Shown: positions 27,888-37,454 of the stretch, in pieces
How the letters are laid out: every line of letters starts with the position of its first letter
Numbering within the stretch: position 1 is the first letter of the stretch
DNA from: Nanobdellota archaeon
GTDB taxonomy: Archaea; Nanobdellota; Nanobdellia; Woesearchaeales; UBA583
Assembly (NCBI GenBank): GCA_048625195.1
Contig: JBMCRE010000001.1
Location: 5,396-69,395 of the forward strand
Direction of reading: 5' to 3'
Length of the DNA: 64,000 bases
Notes under the pieces: model-generated
Databases searched by the model: none
The model's input: the letters and a program-made list of their open reading frames with translations, nothing else
Told to the model about the DNA's origin: nothing
Position numbers and translations under genes: made by a program

Positions 27888-28259
27888 TTAAATAAATACA
27901 CCAAATAGTGCACCTTCTTGACCAGGTCTTGAAGTTATTCTAACATCGCCTTTTTGAGTTCTTACAATACAACCTTTAGAAATAATATTTCGTCTTGTCC
28001 AATTTATATTTGCAGGATTATTAACAACACTTAATATTTTTAATTTAATAGTTTTATCGTTTTGATTGACACAAACATTTTCTCCTACAAGTAAAGATTT
28101 TTTAATATTTCCACCTCTTGTTCTCTTTATTTTAACTCGTTGTTTTCCAATGTTAGTTAATGCACTAACACCTGCTAATTCCATAGCTCTTTTTTTTCTT
28201 ATATTATTATATTTTGTTCCTGAAACTTTTCTTTTAGATCTAAATTGTGAATTTGCCAT
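27888..28259 (-). CDS. rps8e: Ribosomal protein S8e
   Basis: MANSQFRSKRKVSGTKYNNIRKKRAMELAG parallels the S8e N-terminus (MA..QGRS.RK.SGG.Y...RKKRK.ELG). Confidence 0.85.
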   Translation of the reverse strand: MANSQFRSKRKVSGTKYNNIRKKRAMELAGVSALTNIGKQRVKIKRTRGGNIKKSLLVGENVCVNQNDKTIKLKILSVVNNPANINWTRRNIISKGCIVRTQKGDVRITSRPGQEGALFGVFI

Positions 28260-28260
28260 T

Positions 28261-28839
28261 TTATCTTAACCTCCCTGAGTTTGCTTTTAATGATGGTCTT
28301 GCTTTTTCGCTACCAATACCTTTTTTGTGTAATCCTCTTGATTTTTTTCCTGCAGAAGTTAATCCTCTGTCTGCTCTTCTTGTGTGTTTATTAGAAATTA
28401 ACCAATTGATTTTATTATCTGAATAAATTTGTGGATGATATACATCTACTAATATTATTTCATAAAAATAACTTTTTTCATCTTGGCCAATCCAGTATGA
28501 ATTTATAACTTCTAAATTAGGATATTTTTTTTGTGCTTTTTCTTCACATATCCATTGATAGCTTTTAGATTGTGTTATCTTAGTGGATAAATTTCCTCCA
28601 TCTCTTCCTTTTTTAATTTGAGGATTTCTTTTTCCACCTCTTTTAACTCTTACTCTTGCAATTACAAAACCTTGTTTTGCTCTGTATCCTAGAGCTCTTG
28701 CTCTGTCTATTCTTGTTGGATGTTCAACTCTTTCTATAGAGTTACCTTTTCTCCATTCTACAAGTTTTTCTTTATATGAATTTCCAAGATTTTTTCTTGG
28801 TTGTTTCCATGCTTCTTTTATATATTTTAAATAACCCAT
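28261..28839 (-). CDS. rpl15e: Ribosomal protein L15e
   Basis: MGYLKYIKEAWKQPRK...LVEWRK matches the L15e N-terminus (MGAYKYIQELWRKKQSD). Basic throughout. Confidence 0.85.
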   Translation of the reverse strand: MGYLKYIKEAWKQPRKNLGNSYKEKLVEWRKGNSIERVEHPTRIDRARALGYRAKQGFVIARVRVKRGGKRNPQIKKGRDGGNLSTKITQSKSYQWICEEKAQKKYPNLEVINSYWIGQDEKSYFYEIILVDVYHPQIYSDNKINWLISNKHTRRADRGLTSAGKKSRGLHKKGIGSEKARPSLKANSGRLR

Positions 28840-29195
28840 TTTTAATTTAAAATTGATATTCTTTTTTTAGATTTATAAGTTTTGTATTTATATCTAAATT
28901 TTGATTCGTTAGAACCAAATTATAAAATATTAACTAAAAACCCGCATCAGTTTTATTTTTATTACATCATCGCCGATTTTTTTAGATTAATATAGTAAGT
29001 ATAAATTTGTTTTGTTTTAAAAAGATTACTATGTTTAATTGGTTGTACAATCAGATGTCATATATTACTAGTCTAAAAAAAATATTTAATTTGTTTAATT
29101 TTAATTGATATTTTATTAAAAATTTAAATAAAGAATTGTTTTAAAAAGCTTAAATAAAATAAATTAAAAAATTAACTTTTTTAAAATTAATACAA

Positions 29196-29211
29196 ATATA
29201 TATATATATAT
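29196..29211. repeat. (AT)8 microsatellite in the intergenic region
   Basis: atatatatatatatat, read directly. Confidence 0.6.
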
Positions 29212-29229
29212 TATTTCTGTTTTAGATTA

Positions 29230-29640
29230 ATGGAGTTTGAATTATTAAATCTTAAGAGCGAATTCTTAAGAGAATTAATTAATGAAATCCAAAGAGTTGA
29301 GATTACTCTATGGGATTGTTTGAAATATAACAATAAAAAAGAAATTCCTAATAAATTAGATTATATGCAAAAGTTAATATTAGATTCTTTAAAAATATTA
29401 AATGAAAGTTCAGTGGAAGTTGCACTTTTTTATTTAGGAAAAACTCAAAATGCATGTTTAATTGAAAAAGAATTAAAGAAATTATATATTATTATAGAAA
29501 AACAAAAAGAAAGTTTAACAGAAATAGAAAACATACCAGAAAATAAAATAATTTTAATATTAGATGCAAATAAATCTAACCCTATGGAATTTTCACAAAG
29601 TTCACAAAAAATTAGTTATATGTTAAGTTTATTTGAATAA
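29230..29640 (+). CDS. Hypothetical protein (136 aa)
   Basis: ORF with native composition and no recognisable motif. Confidence 0.3.
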   Translation: MEFELLNLKSEFLRELINEIQRVEITLWDCLKYNNKKEIPNKLDYMQKLILDSLKILNESSVEVALFYLGKTQNACLIEKELKKLYIIIEKQKESLTEIENIPENKIILILDANKSNPMEFSQSSQKISYMLSLFE

Positions 29641-29727
29641 TGCATTATTATTTTAAAATCGTCATTCCTTTTTATTATTGAACAATAATAATAAAAGATT
29701 ATATATAAAAAATTATAAGTATAAAAT

Positions 29728-30333
29728 ATGTATATAGGTAATTCAATAATAGATGGTTTAAAAATCTTAGGTTTCGATAAAGAAACCATAAAAAAGGTAT
29801 CAAGAGAAAAAAGTTTAGAAGAGATATTCCTAAGTACTCTGTTTCTAAATTATATCATAGTTTTAGTAATTTTTATGATAACTGTGATTTTAGGAGGTAA
29901 TATTCAATTAAACAATAAAGATTTAAATATGTCTGTTTTTTTTGGACTTTTAATGATATATCCTTTCGCATATAATGTGATTATATATATGGTATATGGC
30001 TTGTTTGGTTTTATGTCAGAACTATTAAATTCCACAAAAAAAATTAAACCTTTAGTTTCAGTTGGTTTTCATACTGCAATAGTGTATACTTTAGTTTTTT
30101 ATATTATAGGTTTAATTACAACATTTGATTATGTATATGGGTTGTTTTTATTTGCATTGTTTGTAGTATATTTCTTATTGACAATGTTTTTGTCTTTAAT
30201 GACAATCTATAATTTTTCTACTCAACAAGCATTAATGGTTTTAATTATACCACTTTTAATATGTGTAGGAGCATTGTTGTTATTAATAATGTTTGTTGAT
30301 TTGAAAACAATAATTAGTTTTTTTTTAACATAA
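29728..30333 (+). CDS. Polytopic membrane protein (4-5 TM), hypothetical (Yip1-like topology)
   Basis: Soluble N-terminal ~35 aa followed by several hydrophobic helices. Confidence 0.4.
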   Translation: MYIGNSIIDGLKILGFDKETIKKVSREKSLEEIFLSTLFLNYIIVLVIFMITVILGGNIQLNNKDLNMSVFFGLLMIYPFAYNVIIYMVYGLFGFMSELLNSTKKIKPLVSVGFHTAIVYTLVFYIIGLITTFDYVYGLFLFALFVVYFLLTMFLSLMTIYNFSTQQALMVLIIPLLICVGALLLLIMFVDLKTIISFFLT

Positions 30334-30356
30334 AAACTTAATATATTTTTTGAAAA

Positions 30357-31169
30357 TTATTTATGGAGATTTAAATATTCTTCTTCCATATCATGTAAAT
30401 CACCTGGAATTATAATACAAATTGGTTCTTTGAAATTTTTATGTTTATCTATTTTAATTAATCCCTCAATATTATCATATAAAATTTCTTCATCTTGAAA
30501 GCCTAATCTTGAACAAATAATAGCAGAAGTATCTTTGTTGATGATTTGTGCATCTTTTTCTTCGATTTCTTCGTTTTCTAACATAATTTTTGGGATTTTT
30601 AAAAGAAATTCTAAAGCATCACTTGCTTTTAAATATTTTTGGTTAGATTTATATGAAATATCATTTGAAGGATTTAGGTCTAATAAAAATAATGAATGTG
30701 CACCTGTCTTAAAATTATCATAAAAAGTTAAAAATGGGGTTCGAGGCATAAATTTTTCGCTAAAAAATGGAATAGATGTAATCTTTCCAAATTTATAAAA
30801 TTGTAATCCTGTTTTTCCAATAAAGTTTGCAATTGACACATTATGATAAATTTTTGACTTAACATTCATTTTTTCTGCTCTTAAGAGTAAATCAGTATGT
30901 GTTGTTGCAATAAGAGGATCACCGATAACTAATAGAGAGATATCTTCTTTTTTTGAGGGATTTAATATTTCATCTTCTATTTTTGTTTCAATTAAATCTC
31001 TATTTGATATTATAATTTTTTTATTTAGATATGTTTCTAATTCTTCTATGGGAGTTTCATAAAAACATGTGTAATATTCTAAATAAACCTTTGAACTATT
31101 TTTTATAACATCAAGCATTTCTGTGTTAATGTGTTCTTTTTTTGTTCCTATACCTATTAAATGTAACAT
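30357..31169 (-). CDS. dph5: Diphthine synthase (Dph5/DphB), EF-2 diphthamide biosynthesis methyltransferase
   Basis: MLHLIGIGT...VYLEYYT...LLVIGDPLIATTHTDLLLRA...SIANFIGKTGLQFYKFGKITSIPF is the tetrapyrrole-methylase-fold Dph5 signature. Confidence 0.85.
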   Translation of the reverse strand: MLHLIGIGTKKEHINTEMLDVIKNSSKVYLEYYTCFYETPIEELETYLNKKIIISNRDLIETKIEDEILNPSKKEDISLLVIGDPLIATTHTDLLLRAEKMNVKSKIYHNVSIANFIGKTGLQFYKFGKITSIPFFSEKFMPRTPFLTFYDNFKTGAHSLFLLDLNPSNDISYKSNQKYLKASDALEFLLKIPKIMLENEEIEEKDAQIINKDTSAIICSRLGFQDEEILYDNIEGLIKIDKHKNFKEPICIIIPGDLHDMEEEYLNLHK

Positions 31170-31267
31170 ATAATTTAAAGATTACAATATATTTATAAGT
31201 TTTATTTATTAGTAATAAATTAAAAAAAATTAATAAATTTGAAATTTGTAATATATATAATTATTTT

Positions 31268-33265
31268 TTAATTAAATATTGGATCATAACTCTTATCTTT
31301 TTTAGCTAAGTTTTGAACATATTCAAAAAAGTCTAAATAATCATCTTCTTGTATTTGATAAATAGAACCAGGAATAACAAATTGTACTTTGTTTCCTAAA
31401 TTAACATTAGGAGTCCAGTTTTCTTTTTCATAAAATCCTCTTAATTCATTATTTGAGTCCATATAAAAAATACTTAAATTATATTTAACATTGTTTAAAT
31501 CTAAAAATTCTAATTTATCCATAAATCCTTCATCTGTTGGCCAGAATACTGTACTTTCAAAATCATGTTTTTTATTTTCTAAAGTTAAGTAAATAGAACC
31601 ATCTGACTTATCTAATACTCGTTTTCCTGAACCTGTTTCTCTATATTTTATTAAAAAAGTGCTTGCACTAACTTGAAATGTTTTTTTAGGAATTAATTGT
31701 AATTCTATGTCGTTATCTCCATAAAACACTTCTCTTCCCAGCAAACTATCATCAGTATCTATTCTTTTTTCTGTTGTATGATAACCACTTTTTTGAGCAA
31801 TAATTTGTCCTTGAGTACAATAAGGAAAGTTAGTTTGTAATCTTGCATGGGATTGATAATTAGGTTTTTTAATAGTTCCCATATCACATTTTACATTAAT
31901 ACATTTATAACTTATGTTAACATTTGATAAATAATTATCATTAGTGTCTCTTGCAGTTACATATAAAGGATATTTTTTACTTTGATTTGAACAATAATTA
32001 TCTTGATTAAATGTTGAAGGTTCAGGTAATAATATATTTTTTCCTGTATCTTTGGGTTCATTATTTTTAATTTTGACTCTTAGAGGAAATTGAAAAAAGT
32101 ATTGATTTCCATTTTCATTATAATCTGTTAATTTAATAATTAAATCATAATCCATCTCGTATAGATGATGATATACTTGAATACAAGGAATTGGAATCTG
32201 TGTTCCTAAATCTACCTCCATCAACATTGATTTTACTATGTTCCCTGAACTAGGAGTAACTTCAAAGGTTCTAAAAGAATCCCTTTGAAAAAAACCATCT
32301 CTATTATTTACTTGAGTTGATGGTAATAAAACATTTACATCATAATTTTCAAAAGTTTTTTTTGGATTAATTAAAGGAAATGTATAGAAGTTATCATAAT
32401 ATGCTCTACCTTCCTTACTAGTATATTCATCATTAAAAGTTAAATCATATAGCTCTTTTTTTGGATAAGTTCCTATAAATTGCAAATATTTGAAATTATT
32501 ATTATTTAGATTTATAACATTGTTTTTTATTTGAGGAACAGTCCATATCCTTCTTCCACAACTAAATGTCATTCCTTCTGTTGGAACAGAGTCTTGTGAA
32601 GAATAATCATTTGCACTTCTAATTTGATCTAAAGTTAATTCTTCAAATAAATATGTTTGAGATTCTAAATTGTATATCTCAACTGCAAGTTTGTATAAGT
32701 CTCCTAATCTTAAGTTTGGAATATTTATATTAAATTCTGAAACAGTAATAAAATTTTCATCTTTATATTCTTTTATTTTTATAGGATAATTAGTCTCTAT
32801 CATAACATTGTGATCGTTGATTGAGGTATCTACAAAAAAATCACCATCATGTGTTATCATATAAAATTCTTCTAAAGTTTTTAAGTTATGAGTAATACAG
32901 CTTAAGCTTTCTGAGGTTATATATTCTTCTAATTCATTTTCCATAAAAGCAATAGTTGGGATATCACCTCTTTGAGTATCCCAGTTAGGAATTTTAAAAC
33001 CAAAATCTGTATGTGCACGAGGATCTTTATCTATAAATATGGGTATATTAATATAACCACCTTGTGTACCTAATAAGAAAAGCCCCCTTTGAGATGCAGA
33101 CTCTATACAGTCTTCTACAATTTGAGAAACTTCATTTTTCATTTTATCATCTTTAGATTGCCATAATGAAAAATCATCTGTCATAAAAAAGAACATTGTA
33201 ATAATAATTAACACTATTCCTATAATTATAAAAATACTAATTTGGTTTTTTTGATTTTTTAACAT
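31268..33265 (-). CDS. Large (665 aa) N-terminally anchored surface protein, class III-like signal (MLKNQKNQ|ISIFIIIGIVLII...)
   Basis: Single N-terminal TM. The body is Y/N/D/T-rich with several Cys (CIT.., CGRR, CIQV, CSNQ, CINVKC, YCTQG). Overlaps by 7 nt with the upstream 133-aa pilin-like gene. Confidence 0.5.
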   Translation of the reverse strand: MLKNQKNQISIFIIIGIVLIIITMFFFMTDDFSLWQSKDDKMKNEVSQIVEDCIESASQRGLFLLGTQGGYINIPIFIDKDPRAHTDFGFKIPNWDTQRGDIPTIAFMENELEEYITSESLSCITHNLKTLEEFYMITHDGDFFVDTSINDHNVMIETNYPIKIKEYKDENFITVSEFNINIPNLRLGDLYKLAVEIYNLESQTYLFEELTLDQIRSANDYSSQDSVPTEGMTFSCGRRIWTVPQIKNNVINLNNNNFKYLQFIGTYPKKELYDLTFNDEYTSKEGRAYYDNFYTFPLINPKKTFENYDVNVLLPSTQVNNRDGFFQRDSFRTFEVTPSSGNIVKSMLMEVDLGTQIPIPCIQVYHHLYEMDYDLIIKLTDYNENGNQYFFQFPLRVKIKNNEPKDTGKNILLPEPSTFNQDNYCSNQSKKYPLYVTARDTNDNYLSNVNISYKCINVKCDMGTIKKPNYQSHARLQTNFPYCTQGQIIAQKSGYHTTEKRIDTDDSLLGREVFYGDNDIELQLIPKKTFQVSASTFLIKYRETGSGKRVLDKSDGSIYLTLENKKHDFESTVFWPTDEGFMDKLEFLDLNNVKYNLSIFYMDSNNELRGFYEKENWTPNVNLGNKVQFVIPGSIYQIQEDDYLDFFEYVQNLAKKDKSYDPIFN

Positions 33266-33660
33266 TTCATTAACCTCAATGAATTTATTTGTACTGACTT
33301 ACCATAACATAAAAATTTATTACCTTGCAAATCTTGATAATAAGGATATAAGACGAATTTAGGGTTATCATTAACGCTGAAACTCATACCATCTGTTTTA
33401 GTTGCAGGAATACTAAAAAGTTTATTATTCTCGATGTTAGTTTGAAAGCTCATTACACTATTTCCCTTATTTCTTATTTCAATATATACTGAATTATCTC
33501 TTAAACAATTTTTTGTTACTTCAAAATCATAATCTTTACAATTAGGATGATCTTCTTTGAAAAATGTTGCTAATGTACTTAAAATTAAAGTTGTCATTAA
33601 TAAAGATATAATAACAATAATAACAAAATATGTAGCTAAGGCTTTCTTGTTTGTTTTCAT
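33259..33660 (-). CDS. Pilin-like protein with class III-type signal peptide (MKTNKKA|LATYFVIIVIISLLMTTLIL...)
   Basis: Basic n-region + KKA + 25-aa hydrophobic stretch, then a ~100-aa domain with 4 Cys. Confidence 0.45.
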   Translation of the reverse strand: MKTNKKALATYFVIIVIISLLMTTLILSTLATFFKEDHPNCKDYDFEVTKNCLRDNSVYIEIRNKGNSVMSFQTNIENNKLFSIPATKTDGMSFSVNDNPKFVLYPYYQDLQGNKFLCYGKSVQINSLRLMKC

Positions 33661-33825
33661 AAAATTAAAATCAAACTAATATTTTATAAATATATGTATT
33701 TTTCAAGGAGTAATAATATTTTTAATTGTTAAAATTTTAATAGTTTATTTATATTGTATCTTGTTTTTATATACACTATCTTGAAACTACAAAATTTTAT
33801 AAATGTTAAATAATAAAAATAAAAT

Positions 33826-34437
33826 ATGTTTGAAATTGAATTATTAGATTTGATAAATAAAGCCAAGAAGACACAAGATAATTATGAACTTAACAATATT
33901 AAAGATTCTATATCTAATTTAATTTTTCAAAATAATGATGAGTTTAATAAATTTATTTCTAAGAATGATATTGATATGCAAACACAAGAATTTTTAAAAT
34001 CTTGTATAAAAAAAACATATAAAAATGATGAAAATAAATTTAGTGATTCAAAAAGTGATTTAGATAATATTAAAAATTATTATATGAGTTGGTTAGAGCA
34101 TTATAATAAAAATAATAATGTAGTTGATGATAATTGTAATATGGTAATTGATGAAATAATAAATTTTTATGTTTTGAATCGTTTTAATGTCATTTTAAGT
34201 ATCTTGAAAATCGTTGAAACACAAGATTATGAAGCTTTTAAATGGCATTTAAAAAATAAATTGAGATTATATTTTTCCAATCAAATAAGAAACTATATTA
34301 AATCTAGTAATTATCAAAATTTGAATTTTTTTAAAAAAATTAGGAAAAAAAATGCAATACATTATTTAATTTCTGCTATTAGTAAATATGAATTTGATAT
34401 TAAATTAATTAATGAGGTATTAGAAAATGAGTATTGA
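33826..34437 (+). CDS. Hypothetical protein (203 aa), divergent from the pilin-like pair
   Basis: No motif. Overlaps the next gene by 11 nt (operon). Confidence 0.35.
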   Translation: MFEIELLDLINKAKKTQDNYELNNIKDSISNLIFQNNDEFNKFISKNDIDMQTQEFLKSCIKKTYKNDENKFSDSKSDLDNIKNYYMSWLEHYNKNNNVVDDNCNMVIDEIINFYVLNRFNVILSILKIVETQDYEAFKWHLKNKLRLYFSNQIRNYIKSSNYQNLNFFKKIRKKNAIHYLISAISKYEFDIKLINEVLENEY

Positions 34438-36070
34438 AAATAAAATTAGTAGTATGGAAAAAAAATTAAATAAAATTGATGAACATTCTAGTACAAGACC
34501 TGTTAGTAAAAATGAACCTGTTGAGGCAACTAGTGGTTTTTTTAAAGTAATAGAATTAATTTTATATCCTTTTCTTTTGTTTTATATTTTTTTAAAAGTA
34601 GGATTTATAGGAGTAGACTGGATTGGTTCTTTAATTGCTAATAGTTTATCTTTTTTACAAGTTAAAAGTGTTTTTGGTATCTTTTCTGGAGATTTTTATT
34701 TAGGAATGATTGTTTTGGTTATATTATTTTTTATTTATTTCAATATTTTTGCTTTGTTTCCTTTAACATATTTTTTGACTATAAGAAGTGAACCTTTAGA
34801 TAAAATATATAAACAAATAAAAGTTGAGTTAATTATTGTTGTTTGTTTAATGATTCCTTTATTTCTTGCAATGTCTTATGGTTTAGTAATAGGTGATGAT
34901 GGAAGTATGAAAGAAGATACTAGAAAATTTAATATTAATCTTAATGAAAAAATTGAAAATTTAAAAAGTGGTCCTTTATGTTATTTATTTAATAGTCCTA
35001 TTGACTGTATGCAAAACCAAGAAACGACTACTGCTAAAAAAACAACAAGAGCAGAGTATAATGTTTATTTTAAAACTCCAGATTATAACTATGTTCAAAA
35101 TTTAGAGAAATTTAAACAAAGACCATATTATTTAAATTATGAGATTAAAGCAAAGGGAAGTCCTTTATATTTAGATAAAATTGAGTGTTATGCAAATAGG
35201 GTAGATGATAAAAACTTGCTGTATAGAGAATCTTTAGAAAATAGAAAAATTGAGACTAATCAACGTTTACCTGTAAGTGATATAAAATGTGATTTAAATG
35301 AATTAACTATTGATGGTAAAATTGATGAAGACTTTAAATTAATTACATTGTTATATTATGAAATTGAAAGTCAATATACTCAATCTTTTTATGTTTATAA
35401 TGTTGATAAATATATTGAAACTAATTATGGTAACAGTGATGGGTTAAATATAATTGATATTGAAGAAGAAATAAGGAAAAAACTTAATATTGAAAGTCCT
35501 ATTAAATCAAATAATTATTTTGATTTAAAAGTTTATACTTCTCCTAAATTACCTTTTTTTGTTGGAAAAGATTATGATGATAATAATATATATATGAGTT
35601 TTACTTTTACTAAGGATAGTGTTTATGATAAAGTATTAAATAATACTTTAATAAATTACTCTTTACCTAACTTTGTTGAAATGAATTGTGATGATACAAA
35701 TTGCAATGAGAACATTGAAAATCTTATTACATCATATAATGAGGAGTCTAATATAGAGTTAAATCTACTCTTGAAAGATAATATAATTGAACGAGAAGCA
35801 TTATCAGATAAAATTAATTTTAATATTAAAAGTAATTTAGTGAAAAAAAATGTTATTTCTTTAGTAATTAATAATCCTGATTATGTCGAAGAAGAAGAAA
35901 ACAATAAAAGTGATGTTAATCTCAACATTAATGATTTTGAAAATGAAAATATTTCTGATGAAAGCGATAATAACTTAGAAGTAGATGAGAAGGATGACAA
36001 TATTGTTACCAATCAAGAAAATAATAATGATTCACAATACTTTCAAGAAGATGATTTTAGAGGAAGGTGA
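34427..36070 (+). CDS. Membrane protein (4 TM) with large extracytoplasmic domain and acidic C-terminal tail
   Basis: Hydrophobic helices at residues ~40-150, then a Y/N/D-rich domain, then EEEENNKSD...DE-rich tail. Confidence 0.45.
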   Translation: MSIENKISSMEKKLNKIDEHSSTRPVSKNEPVEATSGFFKVIELILYPFLLFYIFLKVGFIGVDWIGSLIANSLSFLQVKSVFGIFSGDFYLGMIVLVILFFIYFNIFALFPLTYFLTIRSEPLDKIYKQIKVELIIVVCLMIPLFLAMSYGLVIGDDGSMKEDTRKFNINLNEKIENLKSGPLCYLFNSPIDCMQNQETTTAKKTTRAEYNVYFKTPDYNYVQNLEKFKQRPYYLNYEIKAKGSPLYLDKIECYANRVDDKNLLYRESLENRKIETNQRLPVSDIKCDLNELTIDGKIDEDFKLITLLYYEIESQYTQSFYVYNVDKYIETNYGNSDGLNIIDIEEEIRKKLNIESPIKSNNYFDLKVYTSPKLPFFVGKDYDDNNIYMSFTFTKDSVYDKVLNNTLINYSLPNFVEMNCDDTNCNENIENLITSYNEESNIELNLLLKDNIIEREALSDKINFNIKSNLVKKNVISLVINNPDYVEEEENNKSDVNLNINDFENENISDESDNNLEVDEKDDNIVTNQENNNDSQYFQEDDFRGR

Positions 36071-36176
36071 ATATAATTAATTTGTAAAATGTTAAATAAT
36101 CAACGAGTTTAAAAATATAAGTAAAGTTTTTAAAAGAATTAATATCTTTTTTACTAATAGTAAAATTATTTTTTTA

Positions 36177-36257
36177 GTGGGGTTTGCTAAGTGGTCAAAG
36201 GCGCTCGGCTCAAGACCGAGTCCGAAAGGTTCAAGGGTTCGAATCCCTTACCCCACA
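36177..36257 (+). tRNA. tRNA-Leu (anticodon CAA), 81 nt, short type-II variable arm, CCA not encoded
   Basis: Cloverleaf folded by hand. Acceptor GTGGGGT/ACCCCAC. Anticodon stem CTCGG/CCGAG with loop CTCAAGA (U33-CAA-G37). Variable region TCCGAAAGGTTC. T-arm AAGGG-TTCGAAT-CCCTT. Discriminator A. Confidence 0.75.
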
Positions 36258-36430
36258 CTATATGTGTATAAAAAATTCTTAAATAGTCAAAAACTATGTT
36301 TGTTGATACCTTTTTTGTTTACAAAAAAGAAGTTAATTACCCCAAATATATTTATTGAATTATATATGTTATATGTGTGTAGCATTTAAATACATAAGTT
36401 TTATTAATGTGTGTATAATATCTTTATTAA

Positions 36431-36733
36431 ATGCAAAAAAATAACAAATATGATTTATCTTTTAAAAAAAAAGTAGAATTTAATATTTTATTTGAGTCTT
36501 TAATTGGAAAAGAAATAGAGATTATCGATTCAACTAATAAAAATTTAATAGGAATAAAAGGTATATTGATTTATGAAAGTTTTAATTTGCTTTATGTAGA
36601 CACTAATGGAATTGTGAAGAAAATACTAAAAAATGTTGTTGTATTAAAAATTAAATATGAAAATCAATATCTTAAGGTAAATGGGGAAGTTTTAAAAGGA
36701 ACTTTGATCACGAGGTTAAAAAAGATAAAATAA
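36431..36733 (+). CDS. rnp1: RNase P protein subunit Rpp29 (Rnp1/Pop4)
   Basis: LIGKEIEIIDSTNKNLIGIKGILIYESFNLLYVD...LKVNGEVLKG matches the Rpp29 Sm-like core (LIGLEVEVVESTNPSLVGLKGRVVDETKNML.I...V.GRLL.GRPE). Confidence 0.75.
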   Translation: MQKNNKYDLSFKKKVEFNILFESLIGKEIEIIDSTNKNLIGIKGILIYESFNLLYVDTNGIVKKILKNVVVLKIKYENQYLKVNGEVLKGTLITRLKKIK

Positions 36734-36798
36734 AGTTATAATTGCACTTAATCATAACATTTTTAAATATATATTTCTTAAGTATATAGTTATATAAT

Positions 36799-37347
36799 TT
36801 GAAATTCTATAAAAATTATGCAAATGGTATTAAAATGGAAAGAACAGATAAGACAAATTCAATTTTAAGACAGTTTAAGAAAAAAAGTAAAAGAGTCATA
36901 AATAAAGATTTTTTTACAGAATTTTTTTATTTAAATCGGCATCGAAGAGCAATAGAGTTTCTTTTTAATCAAGATGAGTTGATTTTAGAAGAATTTTTAA
37001 AAAAATTTTTGCCTTTAGAATTTCAAGATTTTGTTGAATTAAAATTATTAAATGATTCTGAAGAAGAAATTAGAACATGGTATTATGATAATGAAAATCT
37101 TGTTTTGGTATTAAAAATTAATTGGGGATTTAGAAAAGAAGAAATTTCGATAGATGTAGATATTGAAAATTTTTGTGTTACATCAATTAATGAAGAAGGA
37201 TTTGTATTTAAACAAATTGATTACTATTTATTAAATGAATTTATTATTAGTTTTATAACAAATCAGGCAAATAATTTGTCGAAAACTTTTGAAAATATTG
37301 TAGATAATAAAAAGAAACAAAATATTGATTCTAAATCTCAAAAATAA
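36799..37347 (+). CDS. Hypothetical protein (182 aa)
   Basis: ORF with native composition and no motif. Confidence 0.35.
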   Translation: MKFYKNYANGIKMERTDKTNSILRQFKKKSKRVINKDFFTEFFYLNRHRRAIEFLFNQDELILEEFLKKFLPLEFQDFVELKLLNDSEEEIRTWYYDNENLVLVLKINWGFRKEEISIDVDIENFCVTSINEEGFVFKQIDYYLLNEFIISFITNQANNLSKTFENIVDNKKKQNIDSKSQK

Positions 37348-37454
37348 ATAGTTAAAAATATTTCTTTGTTAAGAGTAATAATAAAATAATATATGTCTAT
37401 AATATATTTATCATAATAAAATAGTTGTTGGTTTTAAATTTGATTTTTTGTTAT

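Noticed and set aside
28066-28269. Track ORF 67 aa (+) inside rps8e
   Set aside because: Antisense shadow.
30535-30723. Track ORF 62 aa (+) inside the dph5 gene
   Set aside because: Antisense shadow.
36177-36389. Track ORF 70 aa (+)
   Set aside because: Begins exactly at the tRNA-Leu gene and translates the tRNA sequence. Spurious.
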